Of a stretch of 47,409 bases of DNA, positions 27,716 to 35,975 are shown one piece after another. The translations under genes and the position numbers were made by a program. Origin of the DNA: a virus. The notes under the pieces were generated by a model that saw only the letters and a list, made by a program, of their open reading frames with translations, did no database searches and was not told the DNA's origin. The stretch lies in the IMG/VR virus record IMGVR_UViG_3300029736_000011. One strand, 5' to 3'. Numbering within the stretch: the stretch's first letter is position 1; every line of letters begins with the position of its first letter.

Positions 27716-28865
27716 CGAAACCCTGAAGCCGCTGGCGGAGCTGCCGGACGTCTCCTTCATCGACAACGATACCATCGACGCGATGATGCAGCGCCTGGTC
27801 TCCAACTACGAGCGGCGATACCAGGAGATCACCGGCAAGGAGGTAACGCTGGGGGCAGCAGACCCCATGCGGATCGCCCTCTATGCCGTGGCCCTCGACC
27901 TCTACCAGACGGAGCAGTACGTCGACCGGGCTGGGAAGCAAGACCTCCTGAAATACAGCTACGGCGAATTCCTGGACGGCCTCGCCGCCAACCGGAGCGT
28001 GAGCCGGAAAGAGGCCACGGCAGCACGGACTACCGTGCGCTTCACGGCCTCGGAGACGAAGGACTACGCCCTGGCCATCCCGGCAGGCATCCGCGTGACC
28101 AACGGTGACGGAATCTACTTTACCACCGTGGAGTACGCGGAGATCGCTCCCGGAGACGAATATGTGGACGTGGAGGCGGTCTGCACCGCAGAGGGGACGG
28201 AGGGGAACAATTTCCTCCCCGGCCAGGTGGACATTCTGGTAGACCCCCTGCCCTACATCCAGAGCGTGGCCAACGTCACCACATCGGAGGGCGGAGCCGC
28301 CAGGGAGAGTGACGAAAGCCTCGCGGAGCGCGTCTACCTGGCCCCATCCGGCTACAGCACCGCAGGCCCATCGGACGCATACGTCTACTGGGCAAAGACC
28401 TTCAACGCCGGTATCGGCTCGGTTGTTCCGGTCTCCCCGGAGCCGGGGAAGGTCGACGTCTATGTTCTTATGACCGACGGCTCCATGCCGGGAGAGGAAC
28501 TGCTGCAGGAGCTGCAGGACTACCTCACCGAGGAACGCATCCGGCCCATGACCGACCTGGTGACGGTGAAGAAGCCGGAGGCCGTGGAGTTTTCCATCGA
28601 CCTGACCTATTACATCAACCGCAGTGACCAGGCCAAGGCCGTCACCATCCAGGAGAACGTGAAAAAGGCCGTGGCGGAGTACACCACCTGGCAGACCTCG
28701 GAGATCGGACGGGACATCAACCCGGACGAGCTGGTGCAGCGCATCAAGGCGGCAGGGGCCAAGCGGGTGGAGCTGACCGCCCCCACGTTTGCCGTGGTCG
28801 GTGAGACCCAGGTGGCCAAATGCACCGCCAGCGCCGCCGACAACGGGGGGCTTGAGGATGATTGA
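27708..28865 (+). CDS. Baseplate protein J
   Basis: 385 aa, TTG start. Size and position between the W and I homologues, plus Baseplate_J-like sequence. Confidence 0.8.
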   Translation: MLNETLKPLAELPDVSFIDNDTIDAMMQRLVSNYERRYQEITGKEVTLGAADPMRIALYAVALDLYQTEQYVDRAGKQDLLKYSYGEFLDGLAANRSVSRKEATAARTTVRFTASETKDYALAIPAGIRVTNGDGIYFTTVEYAEIAPGDEYVDVEAVCTAEGTEGNNFLPGQVDILVDPLPYIQSVANVTTSEGGAARESDESLAERVYLAPSGYSTAGPSDAYVYWAKTFNAGIGSVVPVSPEPGKVDVYVLMTDGSMPGEELLQELQDYLTEERIRPMTDLVTVKKPEAVEFSIDLTYYINRSDQAKAVTIQENVKKAVAEYTTWQTSEIGRDINPDELVQRIKAAGAKRVELTAPTFAVVGETQVAKCTASAADNGGLEDD

Positions 28866-29595
28866 GCTATACGACGGCCAGATCACCGACCTGCTGCGGA
28901 ACAACCCGCTCCAGTATGACCCGGAGGTCATGGCCATGGGCTACGCCATCCGGGAGGAAAAGCGGCGCATCATGGCAGAGACGGCGCAGACCCTCACCAT
29001 GGCCATGCTGGACAACGCCCCGGAGTTCGTCCTGGACGTCCTGGCCGTGGAGCTTCGCACCCCGGCCTACGATGAGACACTGCCCGTGGAGACGAAGCGG
29101 ACGCTCATCAAGGGGACGCTGGAGTTTTACGCCCACCTGGGGACGCCCTGGGCGGTGAATTGGGTGATCCGCTCCATCTTCGGAAACGGCAAGGTCACCG
29201 ACTGGTATGAGTACGGCGGCGAAGCGCACCACTTCCGGGTGAGCGCCATGAATGACGGCACCTTCGAGACCCTGGAGGGGCTGGCGGCATTCATTCGGAT
29301 GATCTCCACCATCAAGCGGCTCTCCAGCTGGATCGACGGCATCACCGTGGACACCGACATGGGGACGCAGCCGCTCCGCTTCGGCGGCGTCATGGCCATC
29401 CAGACCAGACTGCCCATGCCGGAGATCACCCAGATCACCATGTTCGGCGCGAGCGTGGAGCTGGGCGGACGCATGGCCATCACACCCAGGATCGCCGTTC
29501 CGGCCATCCCGGACGAAATCACAATGACCCATACGGGCCGGGTGGGGCTGCAGATGACGGCCACCGTCACCCTCCCTCTCCCGGAAATTCCATAA
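28858..29595 (+). CDS. Tail protein I (P2 gpI-like)
   Basis: The start was set to ATG 28858, giving 245 aa. The N-terminus reads LLRNNPLQYDPEVMAMGYAI. Confidence 0.7.
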   Translation: MIELYDGQITDLLRNNPLQYDPEVMAMGYAIREEKRRIMAETAQTLTMAMLDNAPEFVLDVLAVELRTPAYDETLPVETKRTLIKGTLEFYAHLGTPWAVNWVIRSIFGNGKVTDWYEYGGEAHHFRVSAMNDGTFETLEGLAAFIRMISTIKRLSSWIDGITVDTDMGTQPLRFGGVMAIQTRLPMPEITQITMFGASVELGGRMAITPRIAVPAIPDEITMTHTGRVGLQMTATVTLPLPEIP

Positions 29596-29607
29596 GGAGG
29601 ACACACC

Positions 29608-30432
29608 ATGGAGTACGGATTCAAACCCACCACGAACGGACGTGCCCTGATCGCCGCCTGCGGGGCGCTGGAGCAGCCGCTGAAGCTGACCCGCGTGACC
29701 TTCGGCAGCGGCCTGGTGTCGGAGGGCACCAACCTGGCAGACCAGCACCAGCTGGTCACCCCCGTGGCAGACGGCACAATCGGAGAGCGGATGCACGAGA
29801 ACGACCGCCTCTACCTCTCCGTCCAGTACGACAACAGCAAGCACCCCGAACAAGAGGCCTTCAACCTGGCGGAGTTCATCATCTACGCCATGCACCCGGA
29901 GACGCAGACGGAGACCGATGTGGCATACGCCACCCTGGGCGATTACCAGCAGCCCGTCCCCGCCTACAGCGCAGACCTACCGGCCAGCATCTTCTCCTTC
30001 CCCATGGTGCTGGTGGTCTCGGATGAAATCGAGGTGGTCATCGCCGCCGCCCCCGGTGTGGTGACCCACAACGACCTGCAGCAGCTGCTCAACGAAGGCG
30101 TCATCGGAATCTCCAAGCAGGAGATCACCATCCCCACGGAGGGCTGGTCGAGCGACCCGGCAGGTGCAGGGGATGCGGAAGCGGAGGGCGGCGACTTCAA
30201 CAGCGACTACCCTCAGCAGCTGGACATCGAGATCGCAACCGTCACCGCCCGAATGACACCCATCCTGACGATCCACCCGGAATCCCTCGCCGACGCCGAC
30301 GGCATCTGCCCCACCTGCCAGACCCTCGACGGTAAGCTCCGGCTTTTCGCAAAGGCAGCGCCCAAGGCGGAGCTGCAGGCCACCCTCGGACTTGTGGGCG
30401 GCTCCGGGAGAATCGAATTTGTAACCGAGTAA
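29608..30432 (+). CDS. Tail fibre/collar protein (N-terminal DUF3751-like)
   Basis: 274 aa. FKPTTNGRALIAACGALEQPLKLTRVTFGSG resembles the N-termini of tail-collar fibre proteins. Confidence 0.6.
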   Translation: MEYGFKPTTNGRALIAACGALEQPLKLTRVTFGSGLVSEGTNLADQHQLVTPVADGTIGERMHENDRLYLSVQYDNSKHPEQEAFNLAEFIIYAMHPETQTETDVAYATLGDYQQPVPAYSADLPASIFSFPMVLVVSDEIEVVIAAAPGVVTHNDLQQLLNEGVIGISKQEITIPTEGWSSDPAGAGDAEAEGGDFNSDYPQQLDIEIATVTARMTPILTIHPESLADADGICPTCQTLDGKLRLFAKAAPKAELQATLGLVGGSGRIEFVTE

Positions 30433-30445
30433 GGAGGACAGAACC

Positions 30446-32272
30446 ATGGGATACGGCCCCGTAAATGCCCCCAGCTCCGGCGGCAGCAGCGAGGAACTGG
30501 AGGCCGTCCGCAAACTGGCCCAAGGGGCGGCGGACACTGCCAATACCGCAAAGAACACTGCAGACACCGCAAAGGACACCGCCGACGCCGCCCTGGAGGC
30601 TGCGAATGCGGCCAGAGACGTCGCCAACACCGCCAAATCCACCGCAGACAGCGCCCTGGCGCTGGCCGGTACCGCCAAGAGCACTGCCGACACCGCCAAG
30701 AGCACCGCCGACCAGGCCCTGGAGACGGCGAACACCGCCAAATCCACCGCAGACGCCGCAGCATCCGCCGCCGAAAAGGCCCAGCAGACCGCAGACGAAG
30801 CGGCCCAGAGCATCAAGGACATCACCAATACGATCAGCTCCACGCCGTCGCAGAACGGCTCCCTGGTCTACAACGCCAGCGTCCAGTCCCCCACCTGGAA
30901 CAGCTATAACCCGGAGCAGCTCACCCTGGGCGGCGTGACGGAGGGCACCAACGCCGGGGAGTACGAGGCGACCTTCACCCCGAAGGGAGAGTACGTCTGG
31001 AGCGACGGCACCCAGGACGCCCGGACGGTCACCTGGACGATCAAGCGGAAAACCGTCCAGCTGCCCGCTCAGAGCGGAAGCCTCACCTACACCGGCAGCG
31101 CCCAGTCGCCCACCTGGGACAATTACAGCGCCGTGGAGCTGGACATGGGCGGCACCACCAGCGGTACCAACGCCGGGAGCTATCAGGCCACCTTCACGCC
31201 CACAAGCAACTTCCAGTGGAGCGACGGCACCTACGGGGCCAAGAGCGCCGCCTGGAGCATTGGCAAGGCGGCAGGCTCCCTGTCCATCAACCCCACCACG
31301 ATGACGCTGGACGTATCGACCCTTCAGAAGACCATCGCGGTCACCAGGGCCGGAAACGGCGCGATCTCCGTGTCGGTAGACAACGCCGCCGTCGCGGAGG
31401 CCAGCCTCTCCGGCACCACCATCACCGTCACCGGCAAGGCCAAGGGCACCGCGAAGATCACGGTCTCCGTCGCCGCCGGTACCAACCACACCGCCCCGGC
31501 CAGCGCGGTCTGCACCGCCACCGTCAGCCTGCCCAGCAAAACGCTGGCCGACAACGACCCAGCCACCATCCAGGCCGTGGGCGCAGCTGGCACCGGGGCC
31601 AGCTACTGGGCGGTAGGCGACAAAATCGGCATCGCCGTGAACGGCACCTTCGGAGGCCTCACGCTGAACCAGACAGTCTACGCCTTCATCCTGGGCTTCA
31701 ACCACAACCAGAGCGTGGAGGGCAACGGTATCGACTTCCAGTTCGGAAAGACGGCGGACGGCAGAGACATCGCCTTTGTCCAGAGCTACGGCAGCACCGG
31801 AACCGGCTTCTGCATGAACACCACGAACACCAACTCCGGCGGGTGGAAAAACAGCCACATGATGAAGACCATCTGCCCCGCCTTCCTCAACGCCCTCCCG
31901 GCGGCGTGGCGGAACGCCATCAAAAACTGCACCAAGTACAGCGACAACTCCGGCGGCGGAAGCGACAACGCCAGCTACGTCACCGCCACCACCCAGAAGA
32001 TCTTCCTGCTGGCGGAGTTCGAGGTACACGGCACCCGCTACTACGCCAACAGCGCGGAGCGGAACTATCAGAAGCAGTACGACTACTACAAAAACGGCAA
32101 CAGCAAGGTCAAATACCAGCATAGCAGCACCGGCTCCGCCTGCCTTTGGTGGCTGCGCTCGGTCAATGCGACCAGCGCGGCGAACTTCTGCGTTGTGAGC
32201 ACAGGCGGGGGCGCGAACGGCTACGGCGCCTTCTTTTCGTATGGCTTCGCGCCGGGCTTTAAGGCCGCCTAA
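30446..32272 (+). CDS. Tail fibre / receptor-binding protein, DGR target 1 (C-terminal C-type-lectin/DUF6273-like variable domain)
   Basis: 608 aa. Ala-rich TAKSTAD repeats, then two repeated domains of about 70 aa plus a Big_2-like region, then the C-terminus CLWWLRSVNATSAANFCVVSTGGGANGYGAFFSYGFAPGF, which overlaps VR1. Confidence 0.85.
   Translation: MGYGPVNAPSSGGSSEELEAVRKLAQGAADTANTAKNTADTAKDTADAALEAANAARDVANTAKSTADSALALAGTAKSTADTAKSTADQALETANTAKSTADAAASAAEKAQQTADEAAQSIKDITNTISSTPSQNGSLVYNASVQSPTWNSYNPEQLTLGGVTEGTNAGEYEATFTPKGEYVWSDGTQDARTVTWTIKRKTVQLPAQSGSLTYTGSAQSPTWDNYSAVELDMGGTTSGTNAGSYQATFTPTSNFQWSDGTYGAKSAAWSIGKAAGSLSINPTTMTLDVSTLQKTIAVTRAGNGAISVSVDNAAVAEASLSGTTITVTGKAKGTAKITVSVAAGTNHTAPASAVCTATVSLPSKTLADNDPATIQAVGAAGTGASYWAVGDKIGIAVNGTFGGLTLNQTVYAFILGFNHNQSVEGNGIDFQFGKTADGRDIAFVQSYGSTGTGFCMNTTNTNSGGWKNSHMMKTICPAFLNALPAAWRNAIKNCTKYSDNSGGGSDNASYVTATTQKIFLLAEFEVHGTRYYANSAERNYQKQYDYYKNGNSKVKYQHSSTGSACLWWLRSVNATSAANFCVVSTGGGANGYGAFFSYGFAPGFKAA
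30528..30808 (+). repeat. Degenerate repeats with 21-nt periodicity encoding TA(K/N)xTAD heptads
   Basis: accgccaa(a/g)(t/a)ccac(c/t)gc(a/c)gac-like units recur through this tract. Confidence 0.6.
32130..32268 (+). repeat. DGR variable repeat VR1
   Basis: Aligned by hand to TR 32924-33062 (offset 794). There are about 26 mismatches, all opposite TR adenines, for example AAC to GGC/TAC/AGC and AAT to CTT/GTT/TTT/TAT. Confidence 0.9.
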
Positions 32273-32298
32273 TCCAAAAATCCGACACCCAGTGAAGC

Positions 32299-32320
32299 GG
32301 TGGGGGCGAAAGCCCCCGCC
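32299..32320 (+). other. GC hairpin with a GAAA tetraloop downstream of VR1 (candidate DGR target-recognition stem-loop)
   Basis: GGTGGGGGC-GAAA-GCCCCCGCC, a 9-position stem with one T.G pair. It lies 30 nt after the end of VR1. Confidence 0.6.
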
Positions 32321-32361
32321 AGCGGAACGCAGACCAACGCCAGGGAAAGAGAGATCGCGCC

Positions 32362-32898
32362 ATGTCCGTTTACAAATCCCGCCGAAAAGACGCATCCGCC
32401 CAGTTCATCGCAGACGCCAGGGAGCTGCGCCGGATGACCGCCAGGGCCATGAAGCGGTTCCCCAGCAGCTACCGGTACATCGTGACCAACGGCCTGCTGG
32501 AGATGGCCAGGGAGATCGTGGTCAATGCCGTGAAGGGCAACGCCGTGTACCTGCACAAAGACCTCTCGCAAGGGGACTTCGACCTGCGGCACCGGTACCT
32601 GAAGATGGCGGAAGTGACCGCAGACGCATACCTGGAGGAAATCACCTTTGCCTTCTCCCTTGTGGATGATGGGAACAGCTTCTTCAAGAACAAGGCCGAA
32701 TACCAGAAGGTCTTCAACGGCCTCACGACCCAGGGCAACACCGTCCTGAAGCGGCTGCGGAAGGTGATCGACTCGGACAAGGATCGCTGGCGGCGGTACC
32801 AGAAGGAAAAGACTGAGGCCACGCCGAAGCCCCCACCCAAGGCCACCGGCGGAGGGCAGCACACGCCGCCCCCGCCGCCCTGGCCACCCAACACATAA
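32362..32898 (+). CDS. avd: Avd-like accessory variability determinant (four-helix bundle) with a Pro-rich C-terminal tail
   Basis: Lies between VR1 and the TR. RFPSSYRYIVTNGLLEMAREIVVNAVKGN resembles the Avd / 23S-IVS family core. The tail is TPKPPPKATGGGQHTPPPPPWPPNT. Confidence 0.65.
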   Translation: MSVYKSRRKDASAQFIADARELRRMTARAMKRFPSSYRYIVTNGLLEMAREIVVNAVKGNAVYLHKDLSQGDFDLRHRYLKMAEVTADAYLEEITFAFSLVDDGNSFFKNKAEYQKVFNGLTTQGNTVLKRLRKVIDSDKDRWRRYQKEKTEATPKPPPKATGGGQHTPPPPPWPPNT

Positions 32899-32923
32899 AC
32901 CAATCCCATAAGGGCAAGCTCTG

Positions 32924-33062
32924 ACGGCTCCGCCTGCAATTGGTGGCTGCGCTCGGTCAATGCGACCAACACGACGAACTTCTGCAATGTGAACACAGAC
33001 GGGAGCGCGAACAACAACAACGCCTACAATTCGAATGGCTTCGCGCCGGGATTTAAGAAAAC
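32924..33062 (+). repeat. DGR template repeat (TR)
   Basis: Non-coding and rich in AAC/AAT (aacaacaacaac). It is the invariant partner of VR1 and VR2. By hand count, 33 adenines lie in the stretch shared with both VRs. Confidence 0.9.
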
Positions 33063-33382
33063 GTTACTGGGGCCAGAAATAGTAGCCAACGGCGAACCCG
33101 TGCCCCAAAACTTAAAGGAGAGCTTGCACCTTGGAGCCTGACCCAGACAGCTGGGCTTCATTCCTAAAATCGCCCCACGACACGATCCGCCCGGACGCTG
33201 CTTGCATGGCCGGGGAGTTTGATGGGCACCAAACCGCAGCTTCAGACCGGAGCGGCGGGACGGGCCTCCCCGGTTTCATTGGCGGACGTTACGCAGCTGC
33301 GCTGAAAAACCACCCCCAATGACGGGACAGGTGCCGGAAGCGACGCACCCGGCAAACCACCCGCCGGAGGGGCCGTCTGTGC

Positions 33383-34675
33383 GTGGGGGCTGCGTCAGAC
33401 CTAAACAGAGAGGGGACAGCCCCTTTGACAAGTGAAGAACGGCGGGAGGCCCGATACCAGCGCCGAAAGGCGAAACGGGAGGCAAAGGCCCTGGAAACCA
33501 CCGGAAAGAGCTTCGACGAAGTAATCAACTTCGGAAACATGGTGGAGGCCGGAAGGAAGTGCTGCGACGGCTCCCGCTGGAAGACCTCGACGATCCTATT
33601 TGAAACGCACCTCCTGCCGGAGTGCGCCGACATCGTGGAGACCCTCGCCGGGGAGAAGCGGCGGTTCAAGGGCTTTCACAGCTTCACCACCGTGGAGCAC
33701 GGCAAGGCCCGTCAGATCGACGCTCTCCCCATCCAGGAGCGAGCAGGGCAGAAATGTCTGTGCCAGAACTACCTGACCAAAGCCTTCTCCCGGAGCTTCA
33801 TCTCCACCAACAGCGCCAGCCTGGAGGGCAGGGGCATGGACTATGCCCTGGAGACCCTGCACCAGCAGCTCACCCGCCACTTCCACCGGTACGGCCTGGA
33901 GGGCGGCATCTACCAGTTCGACTTCAAGGGCTACTTCGGGAGCCTGCCCCACGATCTAATCAAGGCCAGGGCCAGACGGGTGATCCGGGACGATAGACTC
34001 TACCGGCTCTACTGCAGCTACATCGACGATTTTCTGAAGATGAAGACCGCAGACCCAAAGGCGAAGCGGAAACGCGGCGTGGGCCTGGGGAGCGAGGTCT
34101 CCCAGATCACCGCCCTGGACGCTGCCAGCCCCATCGACCACTACTTCAAAGACCGGAGGCGAGTGGAGGCCTATGGCCGGTACATGGATGACGGCTACGC
34201 CATCAGCCCCTCCCTGGAGGAGCTGCGAGACCTCGACCGCTGCAACCACCTGCTGGCAGCAGACCTGGGCCTCACCCTGAACGACAAGAAATGCACCATC
34301 ACCCCCTTCAAGCACCACAGCTTCACCTTCCTGAAGGTGCGCTTCACACTGCAGGAGAGCGGCAAGGTCACCATGAAGCTGAGCCGCCAGAGCATCAAGG
34401 CCATCCGGCGGAAGATGGACATCTTCAGGGCCTGGGTGACAGAGGGGCAGATGGACGCCGAAGACGCCATCCAGAGCTACCAGAGCTGGAGGGCACACGC
34501 GAAGCGGTGCGACAGCTACCGCACCCTGGAAGCCATGGACGCCCGCTTCACGTCCATGTTTGCGCCGGAGCTTCGGCGCAGAAAGAACAAATTCCCCTGC
34601 ACCCTCCGGGCCAAGAAGACAAAGACCGGGTGGGAGTACACCAGAATCACGCAGCAGGCCACCCAGGCCGCATAA
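33383..34675 (+). CDS. DGR reverse transcriptase
   Basis: Contains YQFDFKGYFGSLPH (motif A region), GVGLGSEVSQITAL (the DGR-type [LIV]GxxxSQ motif) and GRYMDDGYAI (YMDD). GTG 33383 is taken from the ORF track, and the true start is uncertain. Confidence 0.9.
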   Translation: MGAASDLNREGTAPLTSEERREARYQRRKAKREAKALETTGKSFDEVINFGNMVEAGRKCCDGSRWKTSTILFETHLLPECADIVETLAGEKRRFKGFHSFTTVEHGKARQIDALPIQERAGQKCLCQNYLTKAFSRSFISTNSASLEGRGMDYALETLHQQLTRHFHRYGLEGGIYQFDFKGYFGSLPHDLIKARARRVIRDDRLYRLYCSYIDDFLKMKTADPKAKRKRGVGLGSEVSQITALDAASPIDHYFKDRRRVEAYGRYMDDGYAISPSLEELRDLDRCNHLLAADLGLTLNDKKCTITPFKHHSFTFLKVRFTLQESGKVTMKLSRQSIKAIRRKMDIFRAWVTEGQMDAEDAIQSYQSWRAHAKRCDSYRTLEAMDARFTSMFAPELRRRKNKFPCTLRAKKTKTGWEYTRITQQATQAA

Positions 34676-34689
34676 GGAAGGAGCCGCCC

Positions 34690-35106
34690 ATGGAGTACAT
34701 CGTCCACCACAGATGCCGGGAACTCTCTGCCGCCGGAGACAGACTGAACCTGCCCTACGGCACCCGGCTAAACACCATCGGAGACTTTATCGCCACGGCT
34801 GAGGGCGGGGCAATCTGCTTCACCACCAGCGAGCTGGCGCACCGCTACATGGCCCGGAACGACGATGGCCGGGGCCTGGAGCGGGGCAAGGTCTCCTGGG
34901 CTATCGCCTACAGCCGAAGGGAACGCCGGAGCGATGACGGCAGGCACCGCCAGCGGTTTACCGACCGGGAGATCGAAATGCTGGAGCGGGAGTGGAGCCG
35001 CTACCTTGTGCCGGACGCAGAGACCATCCTATTCAACCACGCCTTCTTCGAGGCGGAGCCAGAGGAACTGCTCCCCCTTGCAAGGGCGCTCAACATCAAA
35101 CCGTAA
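34690..35106 (+). CDS. Hypothetical protein immediately downstream of the RT
   Basis: The start was set to ATG 34690, giving 138 aa. No family recognised. Confidence 0.55.
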   Translation: MEYIVHHRCRELSAAGDRLNLPYGTRLNTIGDFIATAEGGAICFTTSELAHRYMARNDDGRGLERGKVSWAIAYSRRERRSDDGRHRQRFTDREIEMLEREWSRYLVPDAETILFNHAFFEAEPEELLPLARALNIKP

Positions 35107-35121
35107 AAGGAGGACACCCCC

Positions 35122-35775
35122 ATGTACAAGATCATCAGCGCCGGGAAAATCGTCGCCCTCTGCGACGCCCCCAGATACGTCACCAGGAACCCGGACACCG
35201 GGGCGCTGGTGGAAGCCACGGCGGAGGAAGCCATCGGCGTCTCCGTGACCGGGACGCTCTACAACCTGAACGGCGGCAGCGGCATCCCGGACGCACCGGA
35301 GGCCGTGGTCTCCGAGGTGGAGGGCGGCGAGATGGTATTCATCGCCATCTCCCAGGCCGACGCCGTCAGCACCACCAGCGGGATCGCCTTTGTCGCCATG
35401 GCGGAGGCCGGGACGATTGACGGCGTGACTGCCGGAGAACACGCCGACCTCTTCTCTCCGTGGGCCTATCCCGTCAACTACACCGTGGGCCAGATCCGGC
35501 GCTACACGGACGGGAAGCTGTATAAGTGCCTTCAGGCCCACACGTCGCAGGCGGACTGGACGCCGGACACGGCGGTGAGCCTGTGGGTGAGCATCTCAGA
35601 CCCGGCGGAGGAATGGCCGGAGTGGTCTCAGCCCCTGGGAGCGCATGACGCCTACTCCAAGGGGGCAAAGGTGAGCCACAACGGGAAGCACTGGATCAGC
35701 GACCTGGACGCCAACGTCTGGGAGCCTGGGCAGTACGGATGGACGGAAGCCCCGGCGGAGGCCCAGGAGGAATGA
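35122..35775 (+). CDS. Protein with two C-terminal CBM5/12-like carbohydrate-binding repeats
   Basis: AGGAGG RBS. YTVGQIRRYTDGKLYKCLQAHTSQADWTPD...SLW and YSKGAKVSHNGKHWISDLDANVWEPG resemble chitin-binding type-3 repeats. Confidence 0.6.
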   Translation: MYKIISAGKIVALCDAPRYVTRNPDTGALVEATAEEAIGVSVTGTLYNLNGGSGIPDAPEAVVSEVEGGEMVFIAISQADAVSTTSGIAFVAMAEAGTIDGVTAGEHADLFSPWAYPVNYTVGQIRRYTDGKLYKCLQAHTSQADWTPDTAVSLWVSISDPAEEWPEWSQPLGAHDAYSKGAKVSHNGKHWISDLDANVWEPGQYGWTEAPAEAQEE

Positions 35776-35975
35776 GCAACCTGCAGATGATCGAGGCGCT
35801 CTGCACTCTCTGCGAGGAACAGAGCCGCATCATTCGGGCGATGGCCCTCCGGCTGGGGGAGCTGGGGGACACCGCCCTGAAGGACGAGATTGCAAAGGCG
35901 GACGCCCGATACCGCCAGATCATCGGAAGTGAGGAATGGCCCGACCCCTGCCCGGAAGGGAGGGAAGAAGCATGA
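35772..35975 (+). CDS. Hypothetical small protein
   Basis: GGAGGA RBS. 67 aa. Overlaps both neighbours by 4 nt. Confidence 0.5.
   Translation: MSNLQMIEALCTLCEEQSRIIRAMALRLGELGDTALKDEIAKADARYRQIIGSEEWPDPCPEGREEA

Larger units (their letters stand above)
30446..34675 (+). mobile_element. Diversity-generating retroelement cassette (target/VR1, avd-like, TR, RT)
   Basis: See the component features. VR1 and TR mismatches fall only at TR adenines. The RT carries LGSEVSQ and YMDD. Confidence 0.9.

Noticed and set aside
32130-32268. VR1, VR2 and TR similarity interpreted as ordinary paralogous duplication or recombination
   Set aside because: All substitutions are confined to TR adenine positions in both copies, one copy (the TR) is non-coding, and an RT is adjacent. 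Together these fit DGR mutagenesis and not neutral divergence.
30242-32395. 717-aa minus-strand ORF antisense to the fibre / DGR target gene
   Set aside because: The translation is low-complexity and Gly/Ala/Arg-rich. The VR, TR and RT orientation and the RBS support the + strand gene.
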